The notes under the pieces were generated by a model. It searched no databases and was not told the origin of the DNA. It saw only the letters and a program-made list of their open reading frames with translations. Positions 9,968 through 19,332 of a DNA stretch of 64,000 nucleotides are shown here, piece by piece. The stretch is from NCBI GenBank assembly GCA_047284725.1, contig JBJBEO010000001.1, forward strand, positions 1,624,203 through 1,688,202. Direction: 5' to 3'. The position numbers and the translations under genes are program-made. Position 1 is the first letter of the stretch; each line of letters starts with the position of its first letter. The DNA is from Synechococcus sp. (GTDB lineage Bacteria > Cyanobacteriota > Cyanobacteriia > PCC-6307 > Cyanobiaceae).

Positions 9968-11812
9968 TCAGCGCAACAGCCAGCTCAGAGAGCTGAGGAA
10001 GAGAAGAATGGCGGCAACCACCGTGAGCACATAGGTCTGGCTACGGCCGCTAATGCTGAGCTTGAGGCTCTCAGCACTGCTGAGGGAGAACCGAGCCATG
10101 CCATGGAGCAAACCATCCACCACAACACGATCAAAGGCGTAGGCGAGCCTTGAGAAACCGGCCACGACGTTGACGATGGTGATGCGGTAGAAGCGCTCGG
10201 TGTAGAAGTCGAAGGCCAGAAGGTCTTGGAGCGATCGCACGAGGGGGTTGAGCGAGCGGGACCAAGCCTTGTTCAAGGGAAGCAGGATTCCAGCAATCAC
10301 GCCGATCAAGCCGCTGCCGACCACAAGCCCCGCCGCCCAGAGAGGGAATGCGAGCAGACCTTCGAGGGATTCGAGTCGGATCAGAAAAATGGGGGTCAGG
10401 ATCACGATGACGGTCATCGCCACCATGGGGAACGCCATCTGCCAGTTCACCTCTGCGGCGCGACGTGTCTTCAGCAAGGGCTGGCCAAGGAACACATGGC
10501 GATAAACACGGGCAAGGTTGAGAGCGGTCAGGGCATTGGTCACCAGGAAGATGGCCACCAATCCTGATGACCGAGCACCAATCAACTCAACCGATTGGGC
10601 AAGACAGAGGAAGCCTCCCAGGGGCAGCAAACCAACCAGACCAGCTCCGCCCACCAGAAAAGCGGTGGTGGTGGCTGGCATACGTCCACCGAGACCACCA
10701 AGCTCGGTGATGTCCTGACAGTTGGTCGCGGCGATCACACCACCAACGCTCATGGACAGCAAGGCTTTCGAGACGGCATGGGAAAAGAGGATCAAGAGGG
10801 CCAGAACAGGCACCTGGAGGGCAATCGCAATGAAGACCAGGCCCAGATAGGCGGTGGTGGAATACGAAAGGGTCCGCTTGATGTCGACCTGAGCAATTGA
10901 GACAAGAGAGCCACCAATGGCACTGATGGCACCCACCACCTGCAGAACGACCAGGGTGACGGGGGCGTGTTGCAGCAGTGGCATCACCTTGAGGAGCACG
11001 ATGGCCCCGCAGGTCACCACCACGGAATTGCGAAGAATCGAGGCTGGATTCGGTCCCTCCATGGCTTCGTCAAGCCAAAGGTGCATCGGGAACTGGGCGC
11101 ACTTGCCCATGGGTCCGGCAATGAGGCCTAGACCGATCAGGGTTGTCGCCAGAGAAGAAAGATTGTCTTCAGCGGCCCACGCGTAAAGATCATCGAAACC
11201 CATGACCCCTGCGTAGGCAGCGAGGGAGACAACACCCATCAAGAGCAACACATCACCAACGCGCTTGGTGAGGAAGGCATCCCTAGCGGCGGTGATCACC
11301 AGAGGCTGGGCATACCAGAAACCAACCAGAAGGTAGGTCGAGAGGGTGAGCATCTCCAGGAGGAAATAGCTCTGGAACAGGGTGTCGCTGAGGACCACAC
11401 CTGACATCGCGCCCTCAAAAAAGCCGAGTAAGGCAAAGAAGCGGGCCAGAGCCCACTCCTTGTCCATGTAACCCAGCGAATAAATCTGAGACACAAGGCT
11501 CAGACCGGTAATCAATTCAAGAGCCGCCACATTGGTGAGCGACAGGCTGAAGCTGATGTCGAGCTTCAGGTCCGCAACGCTGAGCCAGGGGTAATGGAGC
11601 GTGGCAGGGCCAAGCGTGATCACGTCCTGCAACACGAAACTTCCGTGAACGAAAGCCAAGAACGTGAGGAGGATGTTCAGGTAAGCCGCAGGACGGTGCG
11701 CATCACGGCGGAACCAGCCAGCAGCCCAGGGAAGAGCCAACACCATCCCGGTGAACCCATAGAGAGGGATTAACCAGGACGTCTGTTCAGCGAAGGTCAG
11801 ATCCGAAATCAA
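9968..11812 (-). CDS. ndhF4: NDH-1 subunit F4 (CO2 uptake)
   Basis: YMDKEWALARFF, AARDAFLTKRVGD, KCAQFPMHLWLDEAMEGPNPASILRN. TTG start at 11812 estimated. Confidence 0.9.
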   Translation of the reverse strand: MISDLTFAEQTSWLIPLYGFTGMVLALPWAAGWFRRDAHRPAAYLNILLTFLAFVHGSFVLQDVITLGPATLHYPWLSVADLKLDISFSLSLTNVAALELITGLSLVSQIYSLGYMDKEWALARFFALLGFFEGAMSGVVLSDTLFQSYFLLEMLTLSTYLLVGFWYAQPLVITAARDAFLTKRVGDVLLLMGVVSLAAYAGVMGFDDLYAWAAEDNLSSLATTLIGLGLIAGPMGKCAQFPMHLWLDEAMEGPNPASILRNSVVVTCGAIVLLKVMPLLQHAPVTLVVLQVVGAISAIGGSLVSIAQVDIKRTLSYSTTAYLGLVFIAIALQVPVLALLILFSHAVSKALLSMSVGGVIAATNCQDITELGGLGGRMPATTTAFLVGGAGLVGLLPLGGFLCLAQSVELIGARSSGLVAIFLVTNALTALNLARVYRHVFLGQPLLKTRRAAEVNWQMAFPMVAMTVIVILTPIFLIRLESLEGLLAFPLWAAGLVVGSGLIGVIAGILLPLNKAWSRSLNPLVRSLQDLLAFDFYTERFYRITIVNVVAGFSRLAYAFDRVVVDGLLHGMARFSLSSAESLKLSISGRSQTYVLTVVAAILLFLSSLSWLLR

Positions 11813-11924
11813 GAGGAGGTGACGAGAACAGTTGCGGGAGCACCGCATTGGCTGCGGAATCTAAACCGAGGGCCCTCGAAATGACTTGGTTTCTCCAGGA
11901 TCACGCGAGGGCTGTAAAGGGACT

Positions 11925-12497
11925 TCAGAGTCGGCGGGTCGCACCTGATGCAACCAGAGCAGGCTCCACCTCCTGGTGAGGGCGGGCAATGATGTGGGCA
12001 GCCACAAGGCCATCACCGACACGCTCACAGGCATCAGCACCAGCTCTCACGGCAGCGTTCACGGCGCCGGTTTCTCCGCGCACCATGACGGTGACGTAGC
12101 CACCCCCGACAAATTCGCGGCTGACGAGGCTGACTTCAGCAGCCTTGGTCATGGCATCGGCCGCCTCAATCGCAGGCACCACACCGCGGGTCTCGATCAT
12201 GCCCAGGGCGATGCCTTGCACAGAGCGCTCAGGGCTCCCTGACGAAGCGCGCGTCACAACAGATCCACCACCGCTGTTGGAGGATCCGGACTTGGCTGCA
12301 GACCCTGATGCGCGAGCGGGTGTGCGCCTGGAAGCACTGGTTGCCGCACTGCGGGAGGCCGTCGTTGACGTGGAGCTCGACGACGTCGTTGCAGCAGCTG
12401 CAACAGGTTTGACATCCACGGTTGCCTTCGCGGCGGGTTGAGCCGCAGAGGGTTTGGAGGAAGCGCTGGAACGACGACGGGGAGTGGGGGTGGCCAT
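11925..12497 (-). CDS. csoS1E: carboxysome shell protein CsoS1E (BMC-H with long S/A/T/R-rich N-terminal extension)
   Basis: C-terminal BMC domain nearly identical to CsoS1 (GIALGMIETRG..PAIEAADAMTKAAEV...AAHIIARPH) after about 90 low-complexity residues. Confidence 0.9.
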   Translation of the reverse strand: MATPTPRRRSSASSKPSAAQPAAKATVDVKPVAAAATTSSSSTSTTASRSAATSASRRTPARASGSAAKSGSSNSGGGSVVTRASSGSPERSVQGIALGMIETRGVVPAIEAADAMTKAAEVSLVSREFVGGGYVTVMVRGETGAVNAAVRAGADACERVGDGLVAAHIIARPHQEVEPALVASGATRRL

Positions 12498-12540
12498 GAC
12501 GGAGGAAGGAATACAGGACGGAAAGGGAACGGAGCGCTAG

Positions 12541-12792
12541 CTATCCATCCGGTGTCCAGTTGTCGATGATCCCGCCAATGGTGAGATCGGTGAGGACGGT
12601 GTTGTCGGGGCAGGCATGACGGGCAGCCGAACCGCTGGCCGTGAACACCCAGTTGCCCTCACGGGCCCCGACGGGATCAACTCCAACAAGGGTTTTGCCC
12701 TTGTTGTTCTTGAGAAGACGCAGGTGCATGTGATCCAATCCGGCGACACGGAACGTGCACACGAGCGTTCCTGTCACCTGCATGATCTCCAT
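12541..12792 (-). CDS. csoS4B: carboxysome vertex pentamer CsoS4B
   Basis: MEIMQV.GTLVCT.RV.GL, VDPVGAREGNWVF, TDLTIGGIID. Confidence 0.93.
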   Translation of the reverse strand: MEIMQVTGTLVCTFRVAGLDHMHLRLLKNNKGKTLVGVDPVGAREGNWVFTASGSAARHACPDNTVLTDLTIGGIIDNWTPDG

Positions 12793-13124
12793 CAGCCGGC
12801 AGTCCCCTTGGGAGCAGAAGATGCCGCACCGGAAGACTTCGGAGCAGGCGATGGAGCAGCACTTGAAGAAGATTTCGGAGGGTCGGGCTCCCAATGATCG
12901 ATGATGCCAACGATGGTGAGATCACTGGGATAAGACTTGCTCCCAGCCGCCTCACGGGCGGCAGAGCTGCTCACACAGATGACCCAGTCACCCGGCTTGG
13001 CACCGACCGCATCGACAGCCACTTTCTTGGTGCTGCCATCAAGCACCACCTGAAGATGCTTGTGTTCGAAATCAGGAATCCGGTTCGTCGAGACCAGAGG
13101 CTTGATGACCTTGACAATCAACAT
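12792..13124 (-). CDS. csoS4A: carboxysome vertex pentamer CsoS4A
   Basis: MLIVKVIKPLVSTNRIP, VAVDAVG..PGDWVICVSSSAAREAAG, SDLTIVGIID. Confidence 0.95.
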   Translation of the reverse strand: MLIVKVIKPLVSTNRIPDFEHKHLQVVLDGSTKKVAVDAVGAKPGDWVICVSSSAAREAAGSKSYPSDLTIVGIIDHWEPDPPKSSSSAAPSPAPKSSGAASSAPKGTAG

Positions 13125-13126
13125 GA

Positions 13127-14917
13127 TCAGTGAGCCTCCTGCTGAACAGGTTCGAGGGTGGACCCTACCGCTTCGGCAGGAATGGGCTGATCACGGTCTC
13201 GAACCGTGAGTAACAGATGCAAAAGACCTTCGCGGACGAGGTCTTGGTAGCGCGTGGTGATGGCGTCCTGAACACGGCGGCAGTCGGAGATGGCGCGATC
13301 GCGAGCACCAGGGACTTTGCCGGAGTAATCGAAACGAACAACCACTGGAATCGGCAGATCCCGTGAGACGTTCAGCCCCTTGAAGATCTTCACGCCGACG
13401 TCGAGATCGGGAGCGCCTTCTTCGACCGTGTCGAGATGGGCGAAATAGGTGAGGTTGCGCAAATGCACTTCCTTGAACCCGATACCGACGCCGATGAAAC
13501 GCTCAGCATGGCCCGCATCGGGGTAAGGACCATGGTGCAGAGACCGCACATAATCCTGCTGAGAGATGTTGTTGATCAACAACTGGCTGATGAACCGCAC
13601 CATCCCGGGATCCGGTGCCTGGGGGCAATGGGTTTGAACAGCGGCCGTGACAGCCTCGGATGCCTGGTCCGCCGTCAGGGGAGCTGTGCTCTCGTAAAGC
13701 GATTGGGCAGACAGCCAGCGATCGAGCTGAATCTCACCATCACGGCTCGGCACGTGCACGCGGATCGCATCGGTATCGGTGTCGAGGCCGATCAGAAGAA
13801 GATCCACCGACGCGCCACAGCAGAAGCTGTTTTCGACAGCCTCACGAAAGTCGTGGAGTCTCTGGAGACCAGCACTGGCTGCGAGAGCGTCATTGCTGCC
13901 ATGGGCAGCACAACCTTGATGGTGGGGATCAAGGGAGCTGAAGTGATAGGTGACCGTTTTCAGATATCGGGTTGGTGCATGGGCTTCGTTAGGAAGACTC
14001 TCGCGGTACCGCCGGTGTTCGGTCTTGACCCAACGGTTGACGGTGTTTTCAACATCAAACAGAGCCCCTGCGTGGGAGCGGCGCCGCACTGCACTGAAGG
14101 GAATGCGTAGGGCATAGGCAATCGAATGAGCCAGCCGGCCATCAGCACAAGGCGTCACGTCGAGCAGATGAAACCCGCACTCCAGGAGGAACGCATTGAA
14201 GGCGTCAGCAGGTGCACTTCCGGCGGAACCTCCAAGGGGATCATCCAGGAAGAACCTCTCACTGAAGGCCTGATGCGACTGAAACACACACCAGGCAAAC
14301 AGGGCACGCATGTCCAGTGGACGCACCCAGGATTTTTCAAGAATGTGGTCGGGTAGATCAAAGCCCAACTCAGCCCGGGCGAGTCGTTGTGCCTGATCAA
14401 GGAAGTCGGCGTCGTGCTGCAGTGCAGACACTTTCTGCAAAAGCGGAATGATCCGCTCAAACCGGCCCTTCACCTCCAGCTCATAGGCCTGAAGTCGGGC
14501 GTTGTCCTCAAGGTTGGTGAGGGGATGGGTGCCGAGAACACCACGCTGAGAAGCAGTGGCAGAGCGAAAACGAGCCCTGGGTGAACACGAGGGCTCCGAC
14601 TTGCCGGTGTCTTTCTTACGCCGAACCCAGTTGGGTTGCTGCGTAACGGGACGTCGCGTGTCCCGACCCGTACGGGTCCGACCACCGCTCACGGTTCCAG
14701 CATTGAGAACTGCGGCTTTGCCGGAGGTCGTCAGCGCTTTACGCCGCTCAAGAGCAGCACTTCGGGTGGAGGTGATGGCTGGCTCGGTTAAAGCCTGATC
14801 GGATGAAGACGAGGCTTTGGTTAAGACAGCAGTGGTGCTGACTTGTTGAAGCTGTCGACGAGTGGGAGCTGTAGGGGCCATGGGGCGCCCGCTCCGAGAC
14901 GATTGAGGGCGCACCAT
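13127..14917 (-). CDS. csoSCA: carboxysomal carbonic anhydrase CsoSCA (CsoS3)
   Basis: PCADGRL, HFSS.DP.HQGCAAHGS zinc ligands, LLLIGLDTDTDAIRVH, GHAERFIGVG. Confidence 0.95.
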   Translation of the reverse strand: MVRPQSSRSGRPMAPTAPTRRQLQQVSTTAVLTKASSSSDQALTEPAITSTRSAALERRKALTTSGKAAVLNAGTVSGGRTRTGRDTRRPVTQQPNWVRRKKDTGKSEPSCSPRARFRSATASQRGVLGTHPLTNLEDNARLQAYELEVKGRFERIIPLLQKVSALQHDADFLDQAQRLARAELGFDLPDHILEKSWVRPLDMRALFAWCVFQSHQAFSERFFLDDPLGGSAGSAPADAFNAFLLECGFHLLDVTPCADGRLAHSIAYALRIPFSAVRRRSHAGALFDVENTVNRWVKTEHRRYRESLPNEAHAPTRYLKTVTYHFSSLDPHHQGCAAHGSNDALAASAGLQRLHDFREAVENSFCCGASVDLLLIGLDTDTDAIRVHVPSRDGEIQLDRWLSAQSLYESTAPLTADQASEAVTAAVQTHCPQAPDPGMVRFISQLLINNISQQDYVRSLHHGPYPDAGHAERFIGVGIGFKEVHLRNLTYFAHLDTVEEGAPDLDVGVKIFKGLNVSRDLPIPVVVRFDYSGKVPGARDRAISDCRRVQDAITTRYQDLVREGLLHLLLTVRDRDQPIPAEAVGSTLEPVQQEAH

Positions 14918-14924
14918 CCCTCGA

Positions 14925-17300
14925 TCAGCCCCGTGCGCCGCCGGAGACGGTGATCAGGGAACCCTTATCCGTGTTGCCGCTGGAACCGGTCACACGGCTG
15001 ACGGGCCATTCAGTCTCTTCGTTGCGCTTGCGCTCAAAAGGAGACATGGCGCTCATCGGACCGGGACGGCTGGGGTTACGGCGACGGGCAGATGCGCCCT
15101 CGGTGCCGGTGACATGCTCACCACGATCCCAATCGTCACCGGTGATCTTGCTGGAAGACCCTTCGCCGGTGACCCGGGAGGCTGGCTTGGCGGGGGGCTC
15201 GCTGACGACGGCAACGGTCGGCTGGAACTGACGCTGCTGCTGACGGTTCTGGAATTCGCGGTTATCGAAGCGGAATTGCTCGGTACCGGTCACCTTGCCG
15301 CCAGCCATGTCAAAAGGGCCGGTAATCCGATTCCCTTGTTCATAAGACGTACCCGTCACGCCGGAGCGAGCATCACGCTGCTGCTGAGCAGCACGGGCGG
15401 GAGACACCACGCTGAAGCGGGTCCAGGCAGCTCCATCGGGAGCTTCACCGTGGGTCTCGGTTCCAGCAGGAGCATCACTGCCGCAGGCAGCGGCCAGTTG
15501 ATCGGCTCCCACGTAAGGAGTGCCGGTCACCGCTTCACAAGCACCGCGCTCATCACCGGTCATCACACCACCAACGCCAGGCTGGATACCGGTCATGGCA
15601 GCGGAAGGGGTGCCCAGACGGACAGGGGTACGCTCGCGGATGGCTTGCACAGCGGGCGTCCCGCAGTGCTGGCCAGCTTGCTCGAGGCCGGCATAGGGGG
15701 TGCCGGTGACGGCCTGGCAGCTTCCGGGCTCATCGCCGGTGACGCGCTCGGAGCGACCGGTGCGGGTACCGCTCACCACCTGATTGCGATTGGTGATGCT
15801 GAAACCGACCTTGGCGGCTTCGGGCTCAGGCCTGCTGCCACAGAAGGCATTGACCTGCTCGGCACTGACGTATTGATCACCGGTGACGCGGTGGCAAGAG
15901 CCGAACTCATCGCCGGTGACAGCAGAGGAGCGACCCACCATGGTGCCGGTGACGCCAGTACCAGACAGAGTTGCCGAAACGCCAACCTTGGCGGCAGGGC
16001 GACCTTCGGGAAGGGGATCAGAGCCGAGGTACTGGTCGCCGGTCAGGCTGCGACCCGCACCGGCTTCATCACCGGTGACGCTGGAGGAACGGCCCACCAT
16101 CACGCCGCTGACGGGGCGGCCCTCGAGGGTGAGGCTATGGCCCACCTTGCGAGGTGAAGGGTTGGAGCCGCCGCAATAAGCAGCAGATTGGTTGGCAGAG
16201 ATGTATTCGGTGCCGGTCACGGCCTTGCAGGTGCCAGGCTCATCGCCGGTGACCTTGCTGGAACGACCCACTTCGTTGCCCGTCACCCTGTTGCCATGGG
16301 TGGTGGCAGTGACGCGAACCTTGGCAGGCGTGGTTGGTTCTGGAGCGGTCTGGCAGAAGGTCTGGAAGACCTCAGCACCGAGATACTCGGTGCCGGTGAT
16401 CGAGCGGCAGGTGCTGGCCTCATTGCCGGTTGTTTTCACCGAGCGGTTGGCCTGGGTACCGGTGACGGTCTGACCACCGGTGGTGGTGCTTTCACCGACC
16501 TTCCAATGGGCATCAGCGGCAGCAGCTTGCTTGGCGCCATGACGGTTAGGGCCGGTCGGGCGGGTCACACCAGCGCTTTGCTTGTTGCGGGCACCTGCCT
16601 TGGTGCGCAGCTCACGCACCTGTTGAGCGAGCTCACGGCTGGTGAGATCAGGGTTGGCCTGACGAGCAACGGCTGCTGCGCTCGTGGGCTGCTTGCCAGC
16701 GGTTTTGCCATGCTTCGCCATGGCTTCACGACGGGCCAACACCAGTGCTCGACTGGGGTTTTCGATGGCACGACGCTTCGGGGAGGATGTACGTCGCTCC
16801 GCAGCAGCACGGCGATCACCGGAGCGATTGCTCAGCTCAACAGTGACTGCAGGACGTGCTGATTTTTCAGCAGCACGGGCTCCGCCACAACCGCACTCTT
16901 TCTTGGCCGGTTCAGCAGCGGCAGCGGGCTTGGTCGTGCGGGCGACATCAGAGCGGTTGCGATCCCGACTGGTGTCGGCAGTTTTGCCGCGGCGGGACAG
17001 GGCTTCACGGCGAGCCAGTACCAGTTCGCGGCTGGGCTGACGGACGGCCTTCACCTGGGAGGAGTGGGAAGACGAGGTACGCGGGGCGCCGGCGCTCAGA
17101 CCGGAGGAACGGGTCGGAGCAGCGGGAGTAGCCGCTACAGGAGCCGAAGCCTCAGCAGCGTTGGTGCGGGTCTTACGTGCATCTGTAGCGGTACGCACAC
17201 GATTGGCCTGGTCACCGGCAGCAACCGATGCTTTCTTACCGGCCGTAGTCAACGCCTTGCGGCGCTCAAGTGCGAGTTCGCGACTGGAGAGTCTTGCCAT
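14925..17300 (-). CDS. csoS2: carboxysome scaffold CsoS2
   Basis: Four N-peptides (R..L.RR.A....GK type), six M-repeats with [VIT]TG triplets ending TG..Y, and C-terminal ITVSGGARG. Confidence 0.96.
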   Translation of the reverse strand: MARLSSRELALERRKALTTAGKKASVAAGDQANRVRTATDARKTRTNAAEASAPVAATPAAPTRSSGLSAGAPRTSSSHSSQVKAVRQPSRELVLARREALSRRGKTADTSRDRNRSDVARTTKPAAAAEPAKKECGCGGARAAEKSARPAVTVELSNRSGDRRAAAERRTSSPKRRAIENPSRALVLARREAMAKHGKTAGKQPTSAAAVARQANPDLTSRELAQQVRELRTKAGARNKQSAGVTRPTGPNRHGAKQAAAADAHWKVGESTTTGGQTVTGTQANRSVKTTGNEASTCRSITGTEYLGAEVFQTFCQTAPEPTTPAKVRVTATTHGNRVTGNEVGRSSKVTGDEPGTCKAVTGTEYISANQSAAYCGGSNPSPRKVGHSLTLEGRPVSGVMVGRSSSVTGDEAGAGRSLTGDQYLGSDPLPEGRPAAKVGVSATLSGTGVTGTMVGRSSAVTGDEFGSCHRVTGDQYVSAEQVNAFCGSRPEPEAAKVGFSITNRNQVVSGTRTGRSERVTGDEPGSCQAVTGTPYAGLEQAGQHCGTPAVQAIRERTPVRLGTPSAAMTGIQPGVGGVMTGDERGACEAVTGTPYVGADQLAAACGSDAPAGTETHGEAPDGAAWTRFSVVSPARAAQQQRDARSGVTGTSYEQGNRITGPFDMAGGKVTGTEQFRFDNREFQNRQQQRQFQPTVAVVSEPPAKPASRVTGEGSSSKITGDDWDRGEHVTGTEGASARRRNPSRPGPMSAMSPFERKRNEETEWPVSRVTGSSGNTDKGSLITVSGGARG

Positions 17301-17327
17301 GTCCGCCCGAGGATGTCGTCGTGAATG

Positions 17328-17414
17328 GAAGGGATGAATCCCTTCGGGAAAAAGTTGAGCCCTGATGAAGGTCAGGGCTCGGAACCGTTAGGTCGAGGGA
17401 TCAGCGACCCTCGA
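17328..17414 (-). terminator. hairpin cluster / probable intrinsic terminator-attenuator between cbbS and csoS2
   Basis: GAGCCCTGA-CCTTCA-TCAGGGCTC (17357-17380) followed by AACTTTTT on the minus strand. Flanking stems at 17393-17414 and 17328-17345. Confidence 0.6.
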
Positions 17415-17742
17415 AGACCACGAAGCAGGCACCCTGGCTTTGGGTGTAGGCGTCGTAACCGACGATGCGCACGTGGTGGTCGGGGTAAGCGCGATGGCAA
17501 GCCTCGAGCTCACTGACCACAACGTTGAGGTCCTTCTCACCGAAGAAGGGGAGCTTCCAATAGGACCAGTAGGTGGCCATGGAGTTGCTGGGGTGGACGT
17601 GCTCAACGAGCGGGCTCCAGCCCTGGGCAATGATGTACGCGATCTGGTCGTAGATCTCGTCCTGGGTCATCGGCGGGAGGAAGCCGAAGGTCTCCAGGGT
17701 GGCGACTGTTTGATAGTCACCCACGGTGCTCTGGAAAGGCAT
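17401..17742 (-). CDS. cbbS: Rubisco small subunit, form IA
   Basis: LETFGFLPPM, YWSYWKLPFFGE, HHVRIVGYD. Confidence 0.97.
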   Translation of the reverse strand: MPFQSTVGDYQTVATLETFGFLPPMTQDEIYDQIAYIIAQGWSPLVEHVHPSNSMATYWSYWKLPFFGEKDLNVVVSELEACHRAYPDHHVRIVGYDAYTQSQGACFVVFEGR

Positions 17743-17848
17743 GGGGATCCTGGTTTACGTAAGTGTGTTGGCCGGAACTGTTGTTATGCGGCCGGAGTCG
17801 TGACGAAGAACGGGTGGAGAGTGCCAGTGATGGCACCCTCCGAACCGA

Positions 17849-19264
17849 TCAGTTCTGGACGTCGAGCTTGTCGACGGTGTCGAACTCGAACTTGATCTCC
17901 TTCCAGGTCTCGAGGGCGATGGCCAGCTCGGGGCTGTGCTTCGCGGCTTCCATGAGGATGTCGCGGCTCTCTTTCTCGAGATGACGACCGGCGTTGCGTG
18001 CCTTGACGCAGGCCTCGAGGGCCACACGGTTGGCAGCTGCACCTGCAGCGGAACCCCAGGGGTGACCGTGGGTACCACCACCGAACTGCAGAACGGAGTC
18101 GTCGCCGAAGATGGTGACGAGGGCGGGCATGTGCCACACGTGGATACCGCCGGACGCAACGGCGAACACGCCAGGCATGGAACCCCAGTCCTGATCGAAG
18201 AAGTTACCGCGGCTGCGATCTTCTGGAACGAAGGATTCGCGCAGTTGGTCGATATAGCCGAGGGTGGTCTGACGATCACCCTCCAGCTTGCCGACCACGG
18301 TGCCGGTGTGGAGCTGGTCACCACCGGACAGACGCAGACACTTGGCGAGAACGCGGAAGTGGATGCCGTGCTTGGGGTGACGGTCGATCACCGCGTGCAT
18401 GGCGCGGTGAATGTGCAGGAGCATGCCGTTCTTGCGGCACCACTTCGACAGACCGGTGTTGGCCGTGAAGCCGCCGGTGATGAAGTCGTGCATGATGATC
18501 GGCATGCCGAGTTCCTTGGCGAACTCAGCGCGCTCGTACATCTCTTCGGGAGTGTTCGCGGTCACGTTGAGGTAGTGACCCTTGCGCTCACCGGTCTCCT
18601 GCTCAGACAGCTTGATGGCTTCCGCAACGAACTCGAAGCGGTTCTGCCAACGCTGGAAGGGCTGGGAGTTGATGTTCTCATCGTCCTTGGTGAAGTCCAG
18701 ACCGCCACGCAGGCACTCATAGACAACACGGCCGTAGTTCTTACCGCTCAGGCCGAGCTTCGGCTTGATGGTGCAACCCAGCAGAGGACGGCCGTACTTG
18801 TTCATCCGGTCGCGCTCGACCTGGATGCCGTTCGGCGGGCCGTAGCAGCTCTTGATGAAGGCCATCGGGAAGCGGATGTCTTCCAGACGGAGGTGGCGCA
18901 GCGCCTTGAAACCGAACACGTTGCCGACCAGGGAGGTCAGAACGTTGGTGATGGAACCCTCTTCGAACAGATCGAGGGGGTAGGCGATGAACGCATAGAA
19001 GGACTCCTTGTCACCAGGGACGTCTTCGATGCGATAACACCGGCCCTTGTAGAAGTCGAGGTCGGTGAGGAGCTCGGACCACACTGTGGACCAGGTGCCG
19101 GTGGAGGATTCAGCAGCCACAGCAGCGGCGACTTCTTCCTTGGGCACACCTTCCTGGCCGGTGCACTTGAAGCAGGCCAGCAGGTCGGTGTCGAGGGGAA
19201 CGTAATCAGGAGTCCAGTAAGTGTCCCTGTACTCCTTGACCCCAGCGTCGTACTTCTTGCTCAT
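17849..19264 (-). CDS. cbbL: Rubisco large subunit, form IA
   Basis: [12 protein letters not shown] start, [32 protein letters not shown]. Confidence 0.99.
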   Translation of the reverse strand: MSKKYDAGVKEYRDTYWTPDYVPLDTDLLACFKCTGQEGVPKEEVAAAVAAESSTGTWSTVWSELLTDLDFYKGRCYRIEDVPGDKESFYAFIAYPLDLFEEGSITNVLTSLVGNVFGFKALRHLRLEDIRFPMAFIKSCYGPPNGIQVERDRMNKYGRPLLGCTIKPKLGLSGKNYGRVVYECLRGGLDFTKDDENINSQPFQRWQNRFEFVAEAIKLSEQETGERKGHYLNVTANTPEEMYERAEFAKELGMPIIMHDFITGGFTANTGLSKWCRKNGMLLHIHRAMHAVIDRHPKHGIHFRVLAKCLRLSGGDQLHTGTVVGKLEGDRQTTLGYIDQLRESFVPEDRSRGNFFDQDWGSMPGVFAVASGGIHVWHMPALVTIFGDDSVLQFGGGTHGHPWGSAAGAAANRVALEACVKARNAGRHLEKESRDILMEAAKHSPELAIALETWKEIKFEFDTVDKLDVQN

Positions 19265-19332
19265 GGAATAACTCCGTTAGGTCGGTGAAAAAAATGAGAT
19301 GCGCAACCTCGTCAGAGGTTCAGCTGCCGATC

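Noticed and set aside
11955..12215. DNA similarity to 19370-19630
   Set aside because: Paralogous BMC domains of csoS1E and csoS1, not a mobile or structural repeat.
15500..15680. Possible programmed -1 frameshift in csoS2, as known for Halothiobacillus
   Set aside because: I saw no convincing slippery heptamer around the last M-repeat, and the ORF is continuous. Not tested computationally.
14925..16510. Repeated (G)CCGGTGAC-like DNA motifs that could suggest CRISPR or tandem repeats
   Set aside because: They encode the VTG repeats of CsoS2 and do not form a repeat-spacer array.
17936..19288. 450-aa ORF antisense to cbbL, and similar long antisense ORFs over cupB, csoS2, chlN and the FAD oxidoreductase
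   Set aside because: Expected from strong codon bias and high GC in the sense gene. The translations contain no recognisable motifs.
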